From positions 27,967 to 91,966 of IMG/VR virus record IMGVR_UViG_3300025011_000027: a stretch of DNA of 64,000 bases, one strand, 5' to 3'. The notes under the pieces were generated by a model. The model was not told where the DNA came from and did not search any database. It saw nothing but the letters and a program-made list of their open reading frames with translations. Positions within the stretch are counted from its first letter, which is position 1. The number at the start of each line of letters is the position of its first letter. The DNA is from a virus. Position numbers and translations under genes: made by a program. Of this stretch, positions 1 to 10,719 are shown piece by piece.

Positions 1-894
1 AGTAAGGGCATCGGCATTCCCCTTCACCGTTTCCGTCGTTCGCCCTACTCCAGCTAGGTTACTTAAGTCAGTATCGAAGGCATACTGGGAGTGTGGATCT
101 GCTGCTGCTACATGATCAGCATCTTTAGTATCAGCATATGTTTCAGCAATAACTATTGCTGCCACCGATGCGCCTGCCACATCTGCCCCAATATCTGACG
201 GACTTAAAGTATCAGCCCCTCCTGTGGCATGAGAAGATTTGTGCGCCGAAGGAGTATACGTTGCTGGCATTGCGTGTCTGTGATCTTCTCTTGCGGCATT
301 TGTACCCGTACCTACTGCTCCAGTCGTTCCTTCTGTTTCAGAGGTTGGTGTTGTACTTGATAAAGGTGTTACTGGCAGATTGGTGAGTAAGGAGCCATCA
401 CCTACTAATTTAGTTCCTGTTGTATTCGTCGAAGGCATAACAACTGTAATACTCGCGTCAGCTACATTGTCAGTCCATGAAGTCGTTACATTGTCAGCTA
501 TTTGTTGAAGGAAATAAAAAGTAGTTCCTCCAGCTTTAGTTCGATAAAGATTTCTAGCTGTAACTCCTTGAGGTCCGACAGGAATGTTAGTCAGATTAAC
601 CTGTTGAGTTGCTGGAGATACAGTCGCACTCGCCGTCCCGCCGCTTGTGTTTCCTTGATCAGTAACTCCGCCAGATGAATTAGCGTAACCGGTAATAAAC
701 GATACTGCATATTGATAGTTTCCATTCAAAACTCCCGTAATTGCATTAACCGCAACCGAAGGAGCAGTTGGTACAGTTAGAGCTTGAAAGAACACTATCT
801 GACCAACGTCATTTTTACCGGTTAACGCATCTATGATTTGGTCTAAGTCTGACGGACGTCCTGTTGTTCCACCTGATACTGTATAAAGACCCAT
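1..894 (-). CDS. tail fiber / receptor-binding protein, N-terminal part (runs off window)
   Basis: Not in the ORF track. ATG at 894 after GGAGGTG; reads MGLYTVSGGTTGRPSDLDQIIDALTG...VNLTNIPVGPQGVTARNLYRTKAGG...AAREDHRHAMP...HKSSHATGGAD (H-x-H fiber motifs); follows baseplate genes. Confidence 0.75.
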   Translation of the reverse strand, partial: MGLYTVSGGTTGRPSDLDQIIDALTGKNDVGQIVFFQALTVPTAPSVAVNAITGVLNGNYQYAVSFITGYANSSGGVTDQGNTSGGTASATVSPATQQVNLTNIPVGPQGVTARNLYRTKAGGTTFYFLQQIADNVTTSWTDNVADASITVVMPSTNTTGTKLVGDGSLLTNLPVTPLSSTTPTSETEGTTGAVGTGTNAAREDHRHAMPATYTPSAHKSSHATGGADTLSPSDIGADVAGASVAAIVIAETYADTKDADHVAAADPHSQYAFDTDLSNLAGVGRTTETVKGNADALT

Positions 895-906
895 CTTTGC
901 ACCTCC

Positions 907-1383
907 TTACGCACTAAAAGTAATGCTCCATTGAATTGTGATATTTTCTGTAATAAGTGGAGTAAACGGAACGGGTAGCATCGTATGAAACCACGGATTT
1001 GCTGAAGTATCTCTAAACAGTACCTCAGTCACTAGAGTTGATACGATACCTGAGGGAATTTGGAATATAAAAGTAGTAGTTCCAGAAACAGGCGAATTTT
1101 GTTGATTGTAACTGAATGGGAACAATGTACCTGCTATTGGAGTAAATAAACCAGGGTCAGTTACACTAGGAGTTCCTGACCCTGATCCTAATTGTATCTG
1201 AGTTGGGGGAGAAACAGGTTGATAACCTAAATTATTCTTCCCGCCTATCCATTGAGCAAAAGCTGAATTTGCATAATTAAGTGCTAAATTATGAGAAGAG
1301 AATGCACGCTCTTTACCTGTAATGGAATCAGTAAGTGTCACAATAACATTATCCGTTATTTTAGTACCAGACCTTACTTTCAT
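907..1383 (-). CDS. baseplate / tail-fiber attachment protein
   Basis: IQLGSGSGTPSVTDPGLFTP and C-terminal ITIQWSITF resemble fiber-proximal baseplate proteins; position. Confidence 0.5.
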   Translation of the reverse strand: MKVRSGTKITDNVIVTLTDSITGKERAFSSHNLALNYANSAFAQWIGGKNNLGYQPVSPPTQIQLGSGSGTPSVTDPGLFTPIAGTLFPFSYNQQNSPVSGTTTFIFQIPSGIVSTLVTEVLFRDTSANPWFHTMLPVPFTPLITENITIQWSITFSA

Positions 1384-1394
1384 TTATACACCTC

Positions 1395-2204
1395 CTACCA
1401 ATTAAATTCACCCCAAATAAAATCTCCCCAAGTCCAATACTTTGATTTTAATGTAACGTCTAAAGACTCAGTAACATGAACAGTATCAGACATAATTCCT
1501 TGCAGGGTAATTGTAACTCCTACTCCAGAAGCTTTTAAATTTTGAATCATTGATCTCAGTGTATCAAGTGTATAAATATAACCTTGCGGAGCTGAAGTAG
1601 GTAATGTAATAATTACTTTAAATGCTCCTGGGTCAGTGTCAAGTACGTCACTCGAATAACCCAAATCATAAAGAACCTTTTGAATTGCAATATTATTTAA
1701 TCTAGGAAATAAAGAGAAGTCGATTATCCTAGTGGAGTATAATTCATCTGGTTCATTCTGTTGACTTGTTACTCCATAAAATACTCCGATATTCTCAAGC
1801 CACTGATCAGTTGCAGTTGAAGGAGTTATTTGAAATTGTGACTGAGCTGTATTTTTGTCTATGTCGTTTAACTGTTGTGAAACGGTCATTGATATTTGCC
1901 ATAAAACTGAGGTAAAAGACTGAAGTAAAACTGGTGTATGATATGTCCCTTCCATCAGAGATAATGCAGACATCGTAGGATACTGAGTGACTGTACAATT
2001 AAATGTCGTGAGAGCGTTCAGAATCGCGGCTAAGCTGTCTAAAGTGTTACTTGCTAAGTCATATACTCCTATGCCGGATACGATCATCATGCCGCGTTTT
2101 ATGACGATTGTGGACTCCTCAGTACACGTAATATAAAGACTGTTCTCTACCTGAGGATCTTGATTAATTGCGGGAGGTAGATTTTTAAGATAACGTTCAA
2201 TCAT
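1395..2204 (-). CDS. baseplate wedge protein (gpI/gp48-like)
   Basis: TATDQWLENIGVFYGV...NEPDELYSTRI and LKASGV motifs; directly downstream of baseplate J. Confidence 0.65.
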   Translation of the reverse strand: MIERYLKNLPPAINQDPQVENSLYITCTEESTIVIKRGMMIVSGIGVYDLASNTLDSLAAILNALTTFNCTVTQYPTMSALSLMEGTYHTPVLLQSFTSVLWQISMTVSQQLNDIDKNTAQSQFQITPSTATDQWLENIGVFYGVTSQQNEPDELYSTRIIDFSLFPRLNNIAIQKVLYDLGYSSDVLDTDPGAFKVIITLPTSAPQGYIYTLDTLRSMIQNLKASGVGVTITLQGIMSDTVHVTESLDVTLKSKYWTWGDFIWGEFNW

Positions 2205-2217
2205 ATCTGTCCTCCTA

Positions 2218-3327
2218 TCACAAAAGGGTTATTAGGGGACTCCCTGATAATTTAAGCAGTATGCCTGTACCTGGAATAACATCAGAAGCAGGCGTAGTTA
2301 TAACGTAATTTAGAACTCCTGTAATACTTCCTACTACCAGACCAATTGATTTCACCAGTAGAGTATCACCTATGTTTAAAGATTGAATCAAGTTTGCTAT
2401 TGCAGTACTAATTGCAGTACTCAACATTTCTAAAGTATATCCAGGAGAGGGAGTCACTGATAACGCTACTACTTGTGTTTGGTTTGTGGCTATATAAGCA
2501 GTTGAAGGTATTCCTGCGGCTTTGTATCCAATTACAAAAGACCCATCTGTATCTACATAACCATTTATTAACTTCTGACATTGCGTTAACAAATTGGATG
2601 AGGTATCGTAGGTTCCATTATCCACATAGATAGTATTAAATCCACTACCTTCAATTACGAGAGCTTTCATAACACGCTCTATAACGTACCCGTATTCATC
2701 GAGTAGTTTAGCTTGTTTTGCTCCGTATTGCAAGGAATTTATATCACCTCTATGGACCGATGCTAGAAAGTCAGTAAACCTCTCAGCTCTCTCACTTTCA
2801 GTTTCTAAGTCTGCTCCACTAATCACAGCTTTTGTATTTGTGACTAAAACATTAGTCAGTCCACTTATACTAGAGTTGAGTTGGGTTATTGTACCAAGTT
2901 GAGTATTTCCAATTTTACCTGGTTGAGTGCATACAATACCTAAGTTTGCTGAAGTAGCTCCAGAAGGCCATGTATAACTTCCTGTAGTTTTGTATTGTAT
3001 TGTAGTTCCTTTCTTTGACACAATAATCCCGGAAGGAATAGCAACATTGGAAGTCGGAGCAACTGGAACTGAAAGTTGAGCGAGTGTATAAGCTGACTTT
3101 GGCTGTAGGAGCTGAAAATCAAACATTGAATATCCTGCCTCACGCTGCGAAGTAACTACATTTTCAGCTTGGCTACTGTAAAATCTTTTAAGTTCCACGG
3201 CAAATGCTGTAAATAGTCCTCTTATCACCGAACCTCTATTAAGATCGTCCGCGGTCGGAGTCAGAGCTGTATAAGTATTAATCATATTTGCAAGGGTCTG
3301 GTTCTCATTAGGTGGAGAATAAGTCAT
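2218..3327 (-). CDS. baseplate J-like protein
   Basis: GSVIRGLF, CTQPGKIGN, SGADLETESERAERF motifs. Confidence 0.88.
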   Translation of the reverse strand: MTYSPPNENQTLANMINTYTALTPTADDLNRGSVIRGLFTAFAVELKRFYSSQAENVVTSQREAGYSMFDFQLLQPKSAYTLAQLSVPVAPTSNVAIPSGIIVSKKGTTIQYKTTGSYTWPSGATSANLGIVCTQPGKIGNTQLGTITQLNSSISGLTNVLVTNTKAVISGADLETESERAERFTDFLASVHRGDINSLQYGAKQAKLLDEYGYVIERVMKALVIEGSGFNTIYVDNGTYDTSSNLLTQCQKLINGYVDTDGSFVIGYKAAGIPSTAYIATNQTQVVALSVTPSPGYTLEMLSTAISTAIANLIQSLNIGDTLLVKSIGLVVGSITGVLNYVITTPASDVIPGTGILLKLSGSPLITLL

Positions 3328-4208
3328 TAAGATGTACCTCCTGTTGGTATATTAGCAGAAATGGACATATTTTTGTTAGAGTTAATCACCTTTAACTCCC
3401 CAGATAACTCTACAGCATCAAGCTTAGATATAAAATTAGGCATTATTATGTCAGCTACTCTAGGGTCAGATAAAGCGGATTGTCTTGCGAATGATAAGGC
3501 TAACGTCTGATAATAAGGCTGATTACTTTCTCCGATCACTTCAAATACTCTATTACCGTAAGTATTATCTCCAGGGAGTTGACCCATCGGAGTTCTCCAC
3601 CTCATTGTTACCGCTTGGACTACGTTCTCAATATCTGAGATCGTTTTAAGGTCTCCATTTACTCTTTCAAGAAAACCATCCTTGTCCAAATAAATATCTG
3701 TTCCATAAATGTTAGAGACAGCTAGATTAGCACTTACAATATTACCGATGGTTGCGGGAAGATAGATAGTATCACCAGTCTTCAAAACTTTAGTCGTAAC
3801 CGTTTGCTGATTAACAAATACTGAAGCTATAGCGGAACGTGTGTAAGATTTCTGTAAAGGTGTCTGAAGCTCTAACGTGATAGTACCATCCAAGTTAATC
3901 GTTGACTTCTTAATAATGACAGATTCATAATATCCAGTTGTGAAGTCTCTTAAAAATAGTGTGTCCAGAGGAATAACTTTTAAGCTTTGAATGTTCCCTA
4001 AAGTGACTGAAGAACTACTTATAGTTGAAATAATTTGAAGTTTACCTTTTTCAGACGAATATTGATCTATAGGATCATCACTGATAAACGGGTAACGCAA
4101 AGTGTTAAGGGATATAATAGCTCTCGAAACATTTATCTTCAGTTGTGACTGGGATATTGTTTCAATCGTGTCTCCTTGAGCCACGACATAAGTTAGGTAT
4201 TGACTCAT
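3327..4208 (-). CDS. baseplate wedge protein (N-terminal LysM-like, C-terminal gp25/DUF2634-like)
   Basis: YVVAQGDTIETIS at the N-terminus; GDLKTISDIENVVQAV...TPMGQL...YGNR...LSDPRV at the C-terminus. Confidence 0.7.
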   Translation of the reverse strand: MSQYLTYVVAQGDTIETISQSQLKINVSRAIISLNTLRYPFISDDPIDQYSSEKGKLQIISTISSSSVTLGNIQSLKVIPLDTLFLRDFTTGYYESVIIKKSTINLDGTITLELQTPLQKSYTRSAIASVFVNQQTVTTKVLKTGDTIYLPATIGNIVSANLAVSNIYGTDIYLDKDGFLERVNGDLKTISDIENVVQAVTMRWRTPMGQLPGDNTYGNRVFEVIGESNQPYYQTLALSFARQSALSDPRVADIIMPNFISKLDAVELSGELKVINSNKNMSISANIPTGGTS

Positions 4209-4591
4209 GCCGACACCCCCAGTAATAAGTTTAAAAATGAGTCTCCGATATCAGAAAAAGGACTTAGTTGCATAATAGGATCCCAAGAAGAGAAAGTTAA
4301 TAGAATGTCTCTTGAAGATGCACTAATTGTGAGTAATTTGGTTCCATTCGTAGTGCTTGCGACTCTATAAAAGGCTACATGACCTTCCCAAAAAGCCTGC
4401 CAAAGATTGTTCAATAATAGTTTATCAGATACAGTAGGAGCATCAATAGTCAATAAGTCACACGTAGTCATACCCGCAGATAGTATCTTGACTATAATAT
4501 GGCAAGAGGTTGAATCATACAAATAAATACTTTCCAAAAGACTTGGAAGTAATCTAACTGACTCATAAATGAAAGGGTAGTTATAAAGCAT
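4205..4591 (-). CDS. hypothetical baseplate-region protein
   Basis: RBS GGAGG, coupled to neighbours. Confidence 0.5.
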   Translation of the reverse strand: MLYNYPFIYESVRLLPSLLESIYLYDSTSCHIIVKILSAGMTTCDLLTIDAPTVSDKLLLNNLWQAFWEGHVAFYRVASTTNGTKLLTISASSRDILLTFSSWDPIMQLSPFSDIGDSFLNLLLGVSA

Positions 4592-4602
4592 TATATTACC
4601 TC

Positions 4603-5310
4603 CTATCTATAAGGTACTAATATAATCTGACCAGGATATATAGTATATGGAGAAGAAATATTGTTGAACTGAGCTATTAGGGGATACTGAGAACCGTCAT
4701 GATAAAACATATCTGCTATTTTCCATAAAGTATTTCCTGATACCACTGTGTAAGGTATCGGATCTGGTTTAATTGTTTCTGCAACCGCTGCAACTGTTGA
4801 AGTACTTTTTGCTACAATTGACGATATTCCCAAAGCTACCTGTACTGGAATGTCAGGAGAGGGTGCTTTGGGATTACTCATGTCTTGAAGTAAAGTAATG
4901 GGAATCGAATACCGGATAATTAACGGTTCAGCTTTGTTACGAGACGTTTGAAAATCATCCATTGTTATTTTAAAACTATACCCATCAATATCGTCAATAA
5001 AAAGAAGTTCAACTTCCGGAGTGGTCACTATTCTCTTATAATATTCTTCGTAGATTCTCCACAATATCTGAGCGGTTTCTTGACCATTTAACCCTGTAAG
5101 TGCGCTCTTTCTCCATCCAGTACTGCCTTGAATAGTTAATGATCTTACTCCTATACCAAGTATATCTTTGTAAATTCCTCCCATTGTTTGAGTTGTAGTC
5201 TGACGAGCTGGAGAAGTTATCTGAATTTGATCAGGATTAATCGGCATTGTTAAGCTAATCCCTTCTCCGCCACCTGACAATCTGAATGAAACATGATCAT
5301 TATCTGACAT
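4603..5310 (-). CDS. tail tube initiator with C-terminal LysM (XkdP-like)
   Basis: MPINPDQIQI N-terminus; LysM YTVVSGNTLWKIADMFYHDGSQYPLIAQFNNI...IYPGQIILVP. Confidence 0.8.
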   Translation of the reverse strand: MSDNDHVSFRLSGGGEGISLTMPINPDQIQITSPARQTTTQTMGGIYKDILGIGVRSLTIQGSTGWRKSALTGLNGQETAQILWRIYEEYYKRIVTTPEVELLFIDDIDGYSFKITMDDFQTSRNKAEPLIIRYSIPITLLQDMSNPKAPSPDIPVQVALGISSIVAKSTSTVAAVAETIKPDPIPYTVVSGNTLWKIADMFYHDGSQYPLIAQFNNISSPYTIYPGQIILVPYR

Positions 5311-5324
5311 GAAAAACTGCCTCC

Positions 5325-6047
5325 TTACACGATAACACCTGGTCCGCTAGGAGTCGATACAGCATCACCAGATACTGCTACTCTCTTACCGTTAAGCGTT
5401 AATACACCTTCCTTAGCTTGAATAATAAGCCCTTGAGCTAGGTTAATCGTTAAAATACCATGCGTAGTTGTCGTTGCCGGTGACCAATTTTTACCTCTAC
5501 CTTTTATAGCTGTCATATCTTTGGAAGCTTCATTAGGACCGTAAATGATGTAAGAACCATCAGGATAATGAGTCTCATGGTGACCACCTTTAGTTATCAC
5601 GGTATATACACCCGATTCGTGGCTATTGACGGAAAGTCCTGATTCGTCTAAATGTAGCTGAGAATCGAGAGGAAAGTCAAATCCTATTACTCGCGGAGTT
5701 TGCCAATTACCATCTAAAAATCCAATAATAGCTATTATGTCCGATTCATGGGACAAACTCCCACTATCATCAGTACCTTCTGAAGTATCAACAGGAGCTA
5801 CATTTTTTATTGACGCTAAATACCTAAAACCTGCTACTGTACTTGCAGAATTTAATAGTACTCTAACATTTCTCAATACGTCACCACTAAATAACTTAAC
5901 ATCTACTGAGGTTCCGTCTCTAACTCCAATTACTTTCCCACTATACAAATTACTAGAATTCCTTGTAGAAGTGTGCTTAGTCTTTTGTACTGAAGACTGA
6001 CGTACTACAGTATTTAGTGGTAGATTAGAGTAAGGATTATGGAACAT
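5325..6047 (-). CDS. baseplate central spike (gpV/gp5-like)
   Basis: OB-fold GKVIGV...VDVKL...IIGFLDGNWQTPRVIG; C-terminal NGKRVAVSGDAV. Confidence 0.65.
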   Translation of the reverse strand: MFHNPYSNLPLNTVVRQSSVQKTKHTSTRNSSNLYSGKVIGVRDGTSVDVKLFSGDVLRNVRVLLNSASTVAGFRYLASIKNVAPVDTSEGTDDSGSLSHESDIIAIIGFLDGNWQTPRVIGFDFPLDSQLHLDESGLSVNSHESGVYTVITKGGHHETHYPDGSYIIYGPNEASKDMTAIKGRGKNWSPATTTTHGILTINLAQGLIIQAKEGVLTLNGKRVAVSGDAVSTPSGPGVIV

Positions 6048-6065
6048 ATAATAACACCTTCCTGT

Positions 6066-7730
6066 CTATTTAAGTGGACTTTTAACAACTGGAGGAACAT
6101 ACCCCTTACCTAGTAAGTAGTCTATAAATGATTTATCATCGGACGCATCTGGAGAAGTATTAGCAGGACTAGGGCTAATCCAACCATCATTAGTTGGAGA
6201 GCTTAATTTATCTGATTGATCAGTGTTAGGATCGGTATAATCTATTGAGTCAGATTGGTGAGAATCTCCGTAGTTTGAACTATTATTTACTACAGGTAAA
6301 GATAAAGAACGACTTAAAGCCGAAGGGTCTAAAGATCCCGAAGAAGGATCGGTTGCGTAACGTCCTCTAGTTACACCAACTGTAGTTTCGTAATAAAAAG
6401 TACTATCATTACCTTTTGAATCAAGCTGAGACACACTGAAAATATTGTCTACTGACTCAATATAGCTTTCCTCGAGGGAGTCTTGATTAAACAAGTATCT
6501 ACCTATTGTGATAGATGGGTCACCTTTTAGTCTTAAAGTACCATTTAGCATATCAGGAGCCCACCCATATGCTTTGTACAGCCACATGTTCATTTTTACT
6601 GATAACTGCACTTGTAGAGAATCAACTCCGAAATTCAGTACGGGAATTGCAGGAGAAGATTTAGACATTATTTGCAGACCATATCTATAGATATAAGCCT
6701 TATTAAACTTTGGGTTAGAGGGGAAACTATCGTCACCTTCATTAGCCGTCTTTTCAGCATCAGTACCATTACCAAACATATCACCACCGGAAGTAATAGC
6801 TGCTTTATACTCTAAGTCACCTTGAGTAAATAGGGAGGGATAAGTAAAGAAGTAATCATAAGTTTCTGCATCAGACGAACCCATATCGTCTTCAATAATA
6901 TCTTCGTTGATAATTGTAACTGAAGGCCACCATTCAGTACCTAGAGCTGATTCAGCAAAAATGTATTTTCCGTTTTTATCCTTGAAAGGAGTGTTTCTAT
7001 GCATGATAATAGGGCCATCTTGAGCATCAAATACAAACCATTCACACCAAGGAAGGTTAGCATATTGGTCTATGACTGAAGCAATACTTCCTGACATCGA
7101 CTGAAGAGTGATCCAGCTTAATGCATAATCGTCTAAAACTTGCACTAAAGGTCTAAGTAGAGGAATATTTGGAGTTTCTGCTTGCATTGCTTTTATCCAT
7201 GGGGTAATTGTCGATTCGATGATTGAAGGAATTAATTTATTCAGAGGAGTTACTGCATCACTCATATTTGGAAGTATTCCTAAGTTAGTCTGCGCTTCAG
7301 TTCCTGTAATTTGAGGACCAGGATTAACATCAGAACTGGGAGTAAGTTGTCCTGGTATATTAGCAACATAATAGACTTCATATTTTTGTACTAATTTACC
7401 ATAGTCGTTTCCATTTATAGTAATTGTTCTTCGTATTTTACCAGAACGGTCAATGACCTTAGTCCTACGCTTATTAGTCACGAATCCGCGCATTATGAAC
7501 TTAGGGTCACCAGTACGAGACATCTTTATTTCAACGTAATCCATGTTAGATAAAATTCTATGCCACGACTTCTCCATGGTGAGAAGTAACGACCACTGAC
7601 CCATAGGTTCAGCTAAACTTTTATGAGTGTTAACTTGAAGGATATAAGGAGTTAAGTCATAAACAGTGGCCCCATGCCACGCTATAACTGATAGTTTAGG
7701 AGCATACGTTTTTACAGTAAACATGGTCAT
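6066..7730 (-). CDS. baseplate hub protein (gp27-like)
   Basis: DLTPYILQVNTHKSL...ITINGNDYGKLV...GTLRLKGDPSITIG; follows the tape measure gene. Confidence 0.7.
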   Translation of the reverse strand: MTMFTVKTYAPKLSVIAWHGATVYDLTPYILQVNTHKSLAEPMGQWSLLLTMEKSWHRILSNMDYVEIKMSRTGDPKFIMRGFVTNKRRTKVIDRSGKIRRTITINGNDYGKLVQKYEVYYVANIPGQLTPSSDVNPGPQITGTEAQTNLGILPNMSDAVTPLNKLIPSIIESTITPWIKAMQAETPNIPLLRPLVQVLDDYALSWITLQSMSGSIASVIDQYANLPWCEWFVFDAQDGPIIMHRNTPFKDKNGKYIFAESALGTEWWPSVTIINEDIIEDDMGSSDAETYDYFFTYPSLFTQGDLEYKAAITSGGDMFGNGTDAEKTANEGDDSFPSNPKFNKAYIYRYGLQIMSKSSPAIPVLNFGVDSLQVQLSVKMNMWLYKAYGWAPDMLNGTLRLKGDPSITIGRYLFNQDSLEESYIESVDNIFSVSQLDSKGNDSTFYYETTVGVTRGRYATDPSSGSLDPSALSRSLSLPVVNNSSNYGDSHQSDSIDYTDPNTDQSDKLSSPTNDGWISPSPANTSPDASDDKSFIDYLLGKGYVPPVVKSPLK

Positions 7731-7743
7731 AGGACCTCCTTAA

Positions 7744-10323
7744 TTACTGAGTTTGTAAACCGTTATAAGTTGCTCGGACAGTTAGCGGAATCATGCCACT
7801 TCCACGATTATTTCCATTGGAATCTAATAACTGAATATTAATTGATTTCGGGACATTAAGCGATACTTGAGCACCTCCACCCGTTCCTCCTAAAGATTGA
7901 TAGCTATTCCAGACACCATCTGCCCACTTTCTATCTCCAGGCTTCCAACTGTTGTTCATAAAGTCGTTCAAACTATCCTTCGTGACAGGTTTACCTTTCA
8001 TGTAACCAGATATTTGCTTAGCCGCTGATAATGTTTGATTAGTAAACTCACCTGGAGTGTCTCCATACTTCCATTCTTTGTTATTCGGTCCAGGGCCATA
8101 ATCACCGTATCCCATTGAGAATCCTGGATAGCTATTAGGGTTAGTTCCCCACTGAGTCTCATGCTGACCGATAGCTGCTAATAATATAGGGTCAACTCCT
8201 GTTGCATTACCTGCGGCTACTGCTGCATCCCAAAACTTAGAAGGAACATTAGTTGGAGCTACTCCACCACTTCTTCCTGTTATACGATTACCCCCACTTG
8301 AGCTTCCGCTACTTTTTGAGCTAAGTAATTGAACACCCCTACTTCCTGACATTGAAGCTGCATTACCTAATTGAGTGGGTACTGCAATCACAGGATTTGA
8401 GTTTGTAGATGAGGGAGTAGCACCTGAACCACCAAACCAACCTTGAATCTGATTTGCCCAAGGCCGTAATGACATTAAGATAGCGGCCGTCTGAGTTGCA
8501 GCTTTAGCTGAATCAAATGATCCAGAACTACTACCAGAATCAGATTCTTCATCGTATGAAGCAGTTAAGGAATTTGAAGGAGCTGACTGAGAGGTTTTAC
8601 TTTTCTTATATTTATTGTACGCCCATATACCACCTGCGGTTAATATTGCTCCTCCTATAGTAGCTATTGCTAAAGGTATTCCTATACCAGTAGATGCTTC
8701 AGCTCCTGCAAGTGCTGCTCCCCCTGCAAGTACTCCTCCAGATGTAAGTCCCCCAGCGCCTGCGGCTGCAACTGCTCCGGCCCCTGCTGTAACTACTCCA
8801 CGTGTTAATAGTCCCCTACCAACTCCTAAAGCTGCTTTTCCGATTTTACCTGCACTGTATACGCCCAATCCTGCAGCTCCAATGTTACCAACTGCGTTTC
8901 CAAAGACCGCATTATTTAATCCTTGGCCTGCATCAACAACATTGGAAGTAAGTCCCTGTTGCGCTTGAGCTGGATTTACAGTGTTTTGAAGAGTTTTGTC
9001 TAAGGGAGAAAGTTGAGATTTTAGACTTTCTTGATTCTTACTAAACAACGTGGAATTAAATGTACCATCTTTATTAAGGTACTGCTCTCTCAGTGCTTTC
9101 ATCATTAAAGGCTTAATTCCTAACATCTGTCCTTCATACAGGTTCTTAGAATCTTCATCATTCCCAAACATCTTTTCAGCACCGGTCATGACGTTCTCGA
9201 AGTTCGTCTTGTTATTATCACCTAAACCGAAAGCACCTTGAGACTGAATGATCTTAGCCCGAGCATAAGAAGCTCCAGGAGCAATTAATCTAAACATTGC
9301 CGCTTGGCCCATAGCACCGAATCCAGGACTTTGTATTCCTTGATCAAACTGGGCCATAGTTTGTGGTAGTTGGTTAATAAGAGCTTGATTACCGCCCTTT
9401 GTTGCAGTGGCGTATAATCCACCTAACATATTTTGATCTGGAGCATTAACCATATTTTGTTGAGCAATCGCAGTTAAGCTCTGAAGTGCTTCGACAACTT
9501 GACCGTTCTTACCTTGCATATTTCCAGCATTAACGGTATTAGCAACTAATACCGCGTATTGTTGCCAATTCATTTGGGAAGTTGATCCGCCTGTAACACC
9601 TGATTTATACGAACCACTAAAGTAGTTTGCAGCTTGTCCGTAATCAAATCCATTTGATCTTCCAAACTGAGCTACACCTTTAATCTGATTGAAGAAATCT
9701 TTAGACTTACCTGCGGCTCCTTGTATTGTTTGAGCGCCACTTAATATTTCAGGATTTGTATATCCATATCCTTGACCTGATCTAAGCATACTCTGTGCCC
9801 AGTTCATATCTCCGCCACCACGAGTCATTGTTTTACCCATATTAGCGAATGCAGGTAGTTGCTGTACGTTAGCATTGTAACCATTATACATTCCTGATAT
9901 ACCCTTGAGTCCAATAGCTGCGACAGCACTTGCTCCAGCCATCTGTGCTATCTCTCTAAGCTGATCATTTCGATTCGGTGAACTTGCACCCCGGACCGCG
10001 CTTACATCGCCGTACGACTGCCGAATATCGTTTCTCACGCCAGACATTTGAGCTTGAACAGTGGGATTTCCCGCAAGTCGTGCCTGACGCTCAGTAAGTC
10101 TAGCCATGCGCTCTACTAAACCTAACTGGTCTCTAAGTTGACGAGTATATTGCTCACTTCCCCAACCTCTAGATGTCATAGTCCTAGAAGCTTGGTCAAG
10201 TTCCCGGAACCTTTCAGTTATTCTTTGAGCTGAAGAAGCTACGCCTTGAAAGTCTCTTTGAAGGCGGTCCACTGCTTGTCCCTGTCTAACGTCTAAACTA
10301 ATTCCTATACGGTGATCGGGCAA
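7744..10323 (-). CDS. tape measure protein with C-terminal lysozyme-like (SLT/glucosaminidase) domain
   Basis: Gly/Ala-rich helical body, hydrophobic segment, then AAGNATGVDPILLAAIGQHETQWG; follows tail chaperones. Confidence 0.8.
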   Translation of the reverse strand: MPDHRIGISLDVRQGQAVDRLQRDFQGVASSAQRITERFRELDQASRTMTSRGWGSEQYTRQLRDQLGLVERMARLTERQARLAGNPTVQAQMSGVRNDIRQSYGDVSAVRGASSPNRNDQLREIAQMAGASAVAAIGLKGISGMYNGYNANVQQLPAFANMGKTMTRGGGDMNWAQSMLRSGQGYGYTNPEILSGAQTIQGAAGKSKDFFNQIKGVAQFGRSNGFDYGQAANYFSGSYKSGVTGGSTSQMNWQQYAVLVANTVNAGNMQGKNGQVVEALQSLTAIAQQNMVNAPDQNMLGGLYATATKGGNQALINQLPQTMAQFDQGIQSPGFGAMGQAAMFRLIAPGASYARAKIIQSQGAFGLGDNNKTNFENVMTGAEKMFGNDEDSKNLYEGQMLGIKPLMMKALREQYLNKDGTFNSTLFSKNQESLKSQLSPLDKTLQNTVNPAQAQQGLTSNVVDAGQGLNNAVFGNAVGNIGAAGLGVYSAGKIGKAALGVGRGLLTRGVVTAGAGAVAAAGAGGLTSGGVLAGGAALAGAEASTGIGIPLAIATIGGAILTAGGIWAYNKYKKSKTSQSAPSNSLTASYDEESDSGSSSGSFDSAKAATQTAAILMSLRPWANQIQGWFGGSGATPSSTNSNPVIAVPTQLGNAASMSGSRGVQLLSSKSSGSSSGGNRITGRSGGVAPTNVPSKFWDAAVAAGNATGVDPILLAAIGQHETQWGTNPNSYPGFSMGYGDYGPGPNNKEWKYGDTPGEFTNQTLSAAKQISGYMKGKPVTKDSLNDFMNNSWKPGDRKWADGVWNSYQSLGGTGGGAQVSLNVPKSINIQLLDSNGNNRGSGMIPLTVRATYNGLQTQ

Positions 10324-10325
10324 GT

Positions 10326-10577
10326 TTATCCACCCCCAAACATTCTACCAAAAACGTCTTTAGGATTAACTATTTCAAAATCTGATTCTTGAGTTGGTTC
10401 TTGTTTAACTGCATACCGCATTGAGTATCTTGGGGCATTTGAATCATCTGGTAAAGTAATGTGCATTTCCTCACCCGATTCAATTCTTTTCTTCATATCC
10501 GCGTATAGTTTTGGATCAGTACGCATATTCCTTTCAAATGATCCTTTATCAAGATCGATAGAATCATCAGATGTCAT
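10326..10577 (-). CDS. tail assembly chaperone, frameshift-extended part (frame open upstream to ~10767)
   Basis: Frame has no stop from the slip site in the upstream gene; no clear RBS at the Met. Confidence 0.65.
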   Translation of the reverse strand: MTSDDSIDLDKGSFERNMRTDPKLYADMKKRIESGEEMHITLPDDSNAPRYSMRYAVKQEPTQESDFEIVNPKDVFGRMFGGG

Positions 10578-10719
10578 GTCATTTAAGAATTCAGCATGCT
10601 CTTTTCTGAGAATTAACTCGTATTCAAGCTCGTACTCAGTTAAGTTTTCAAATTCGTTTAATGGCCCTCTAGGAATATTATACTGAAGTCGATAAGCATA
10701 TTGAACGCTTCGACAGTCA

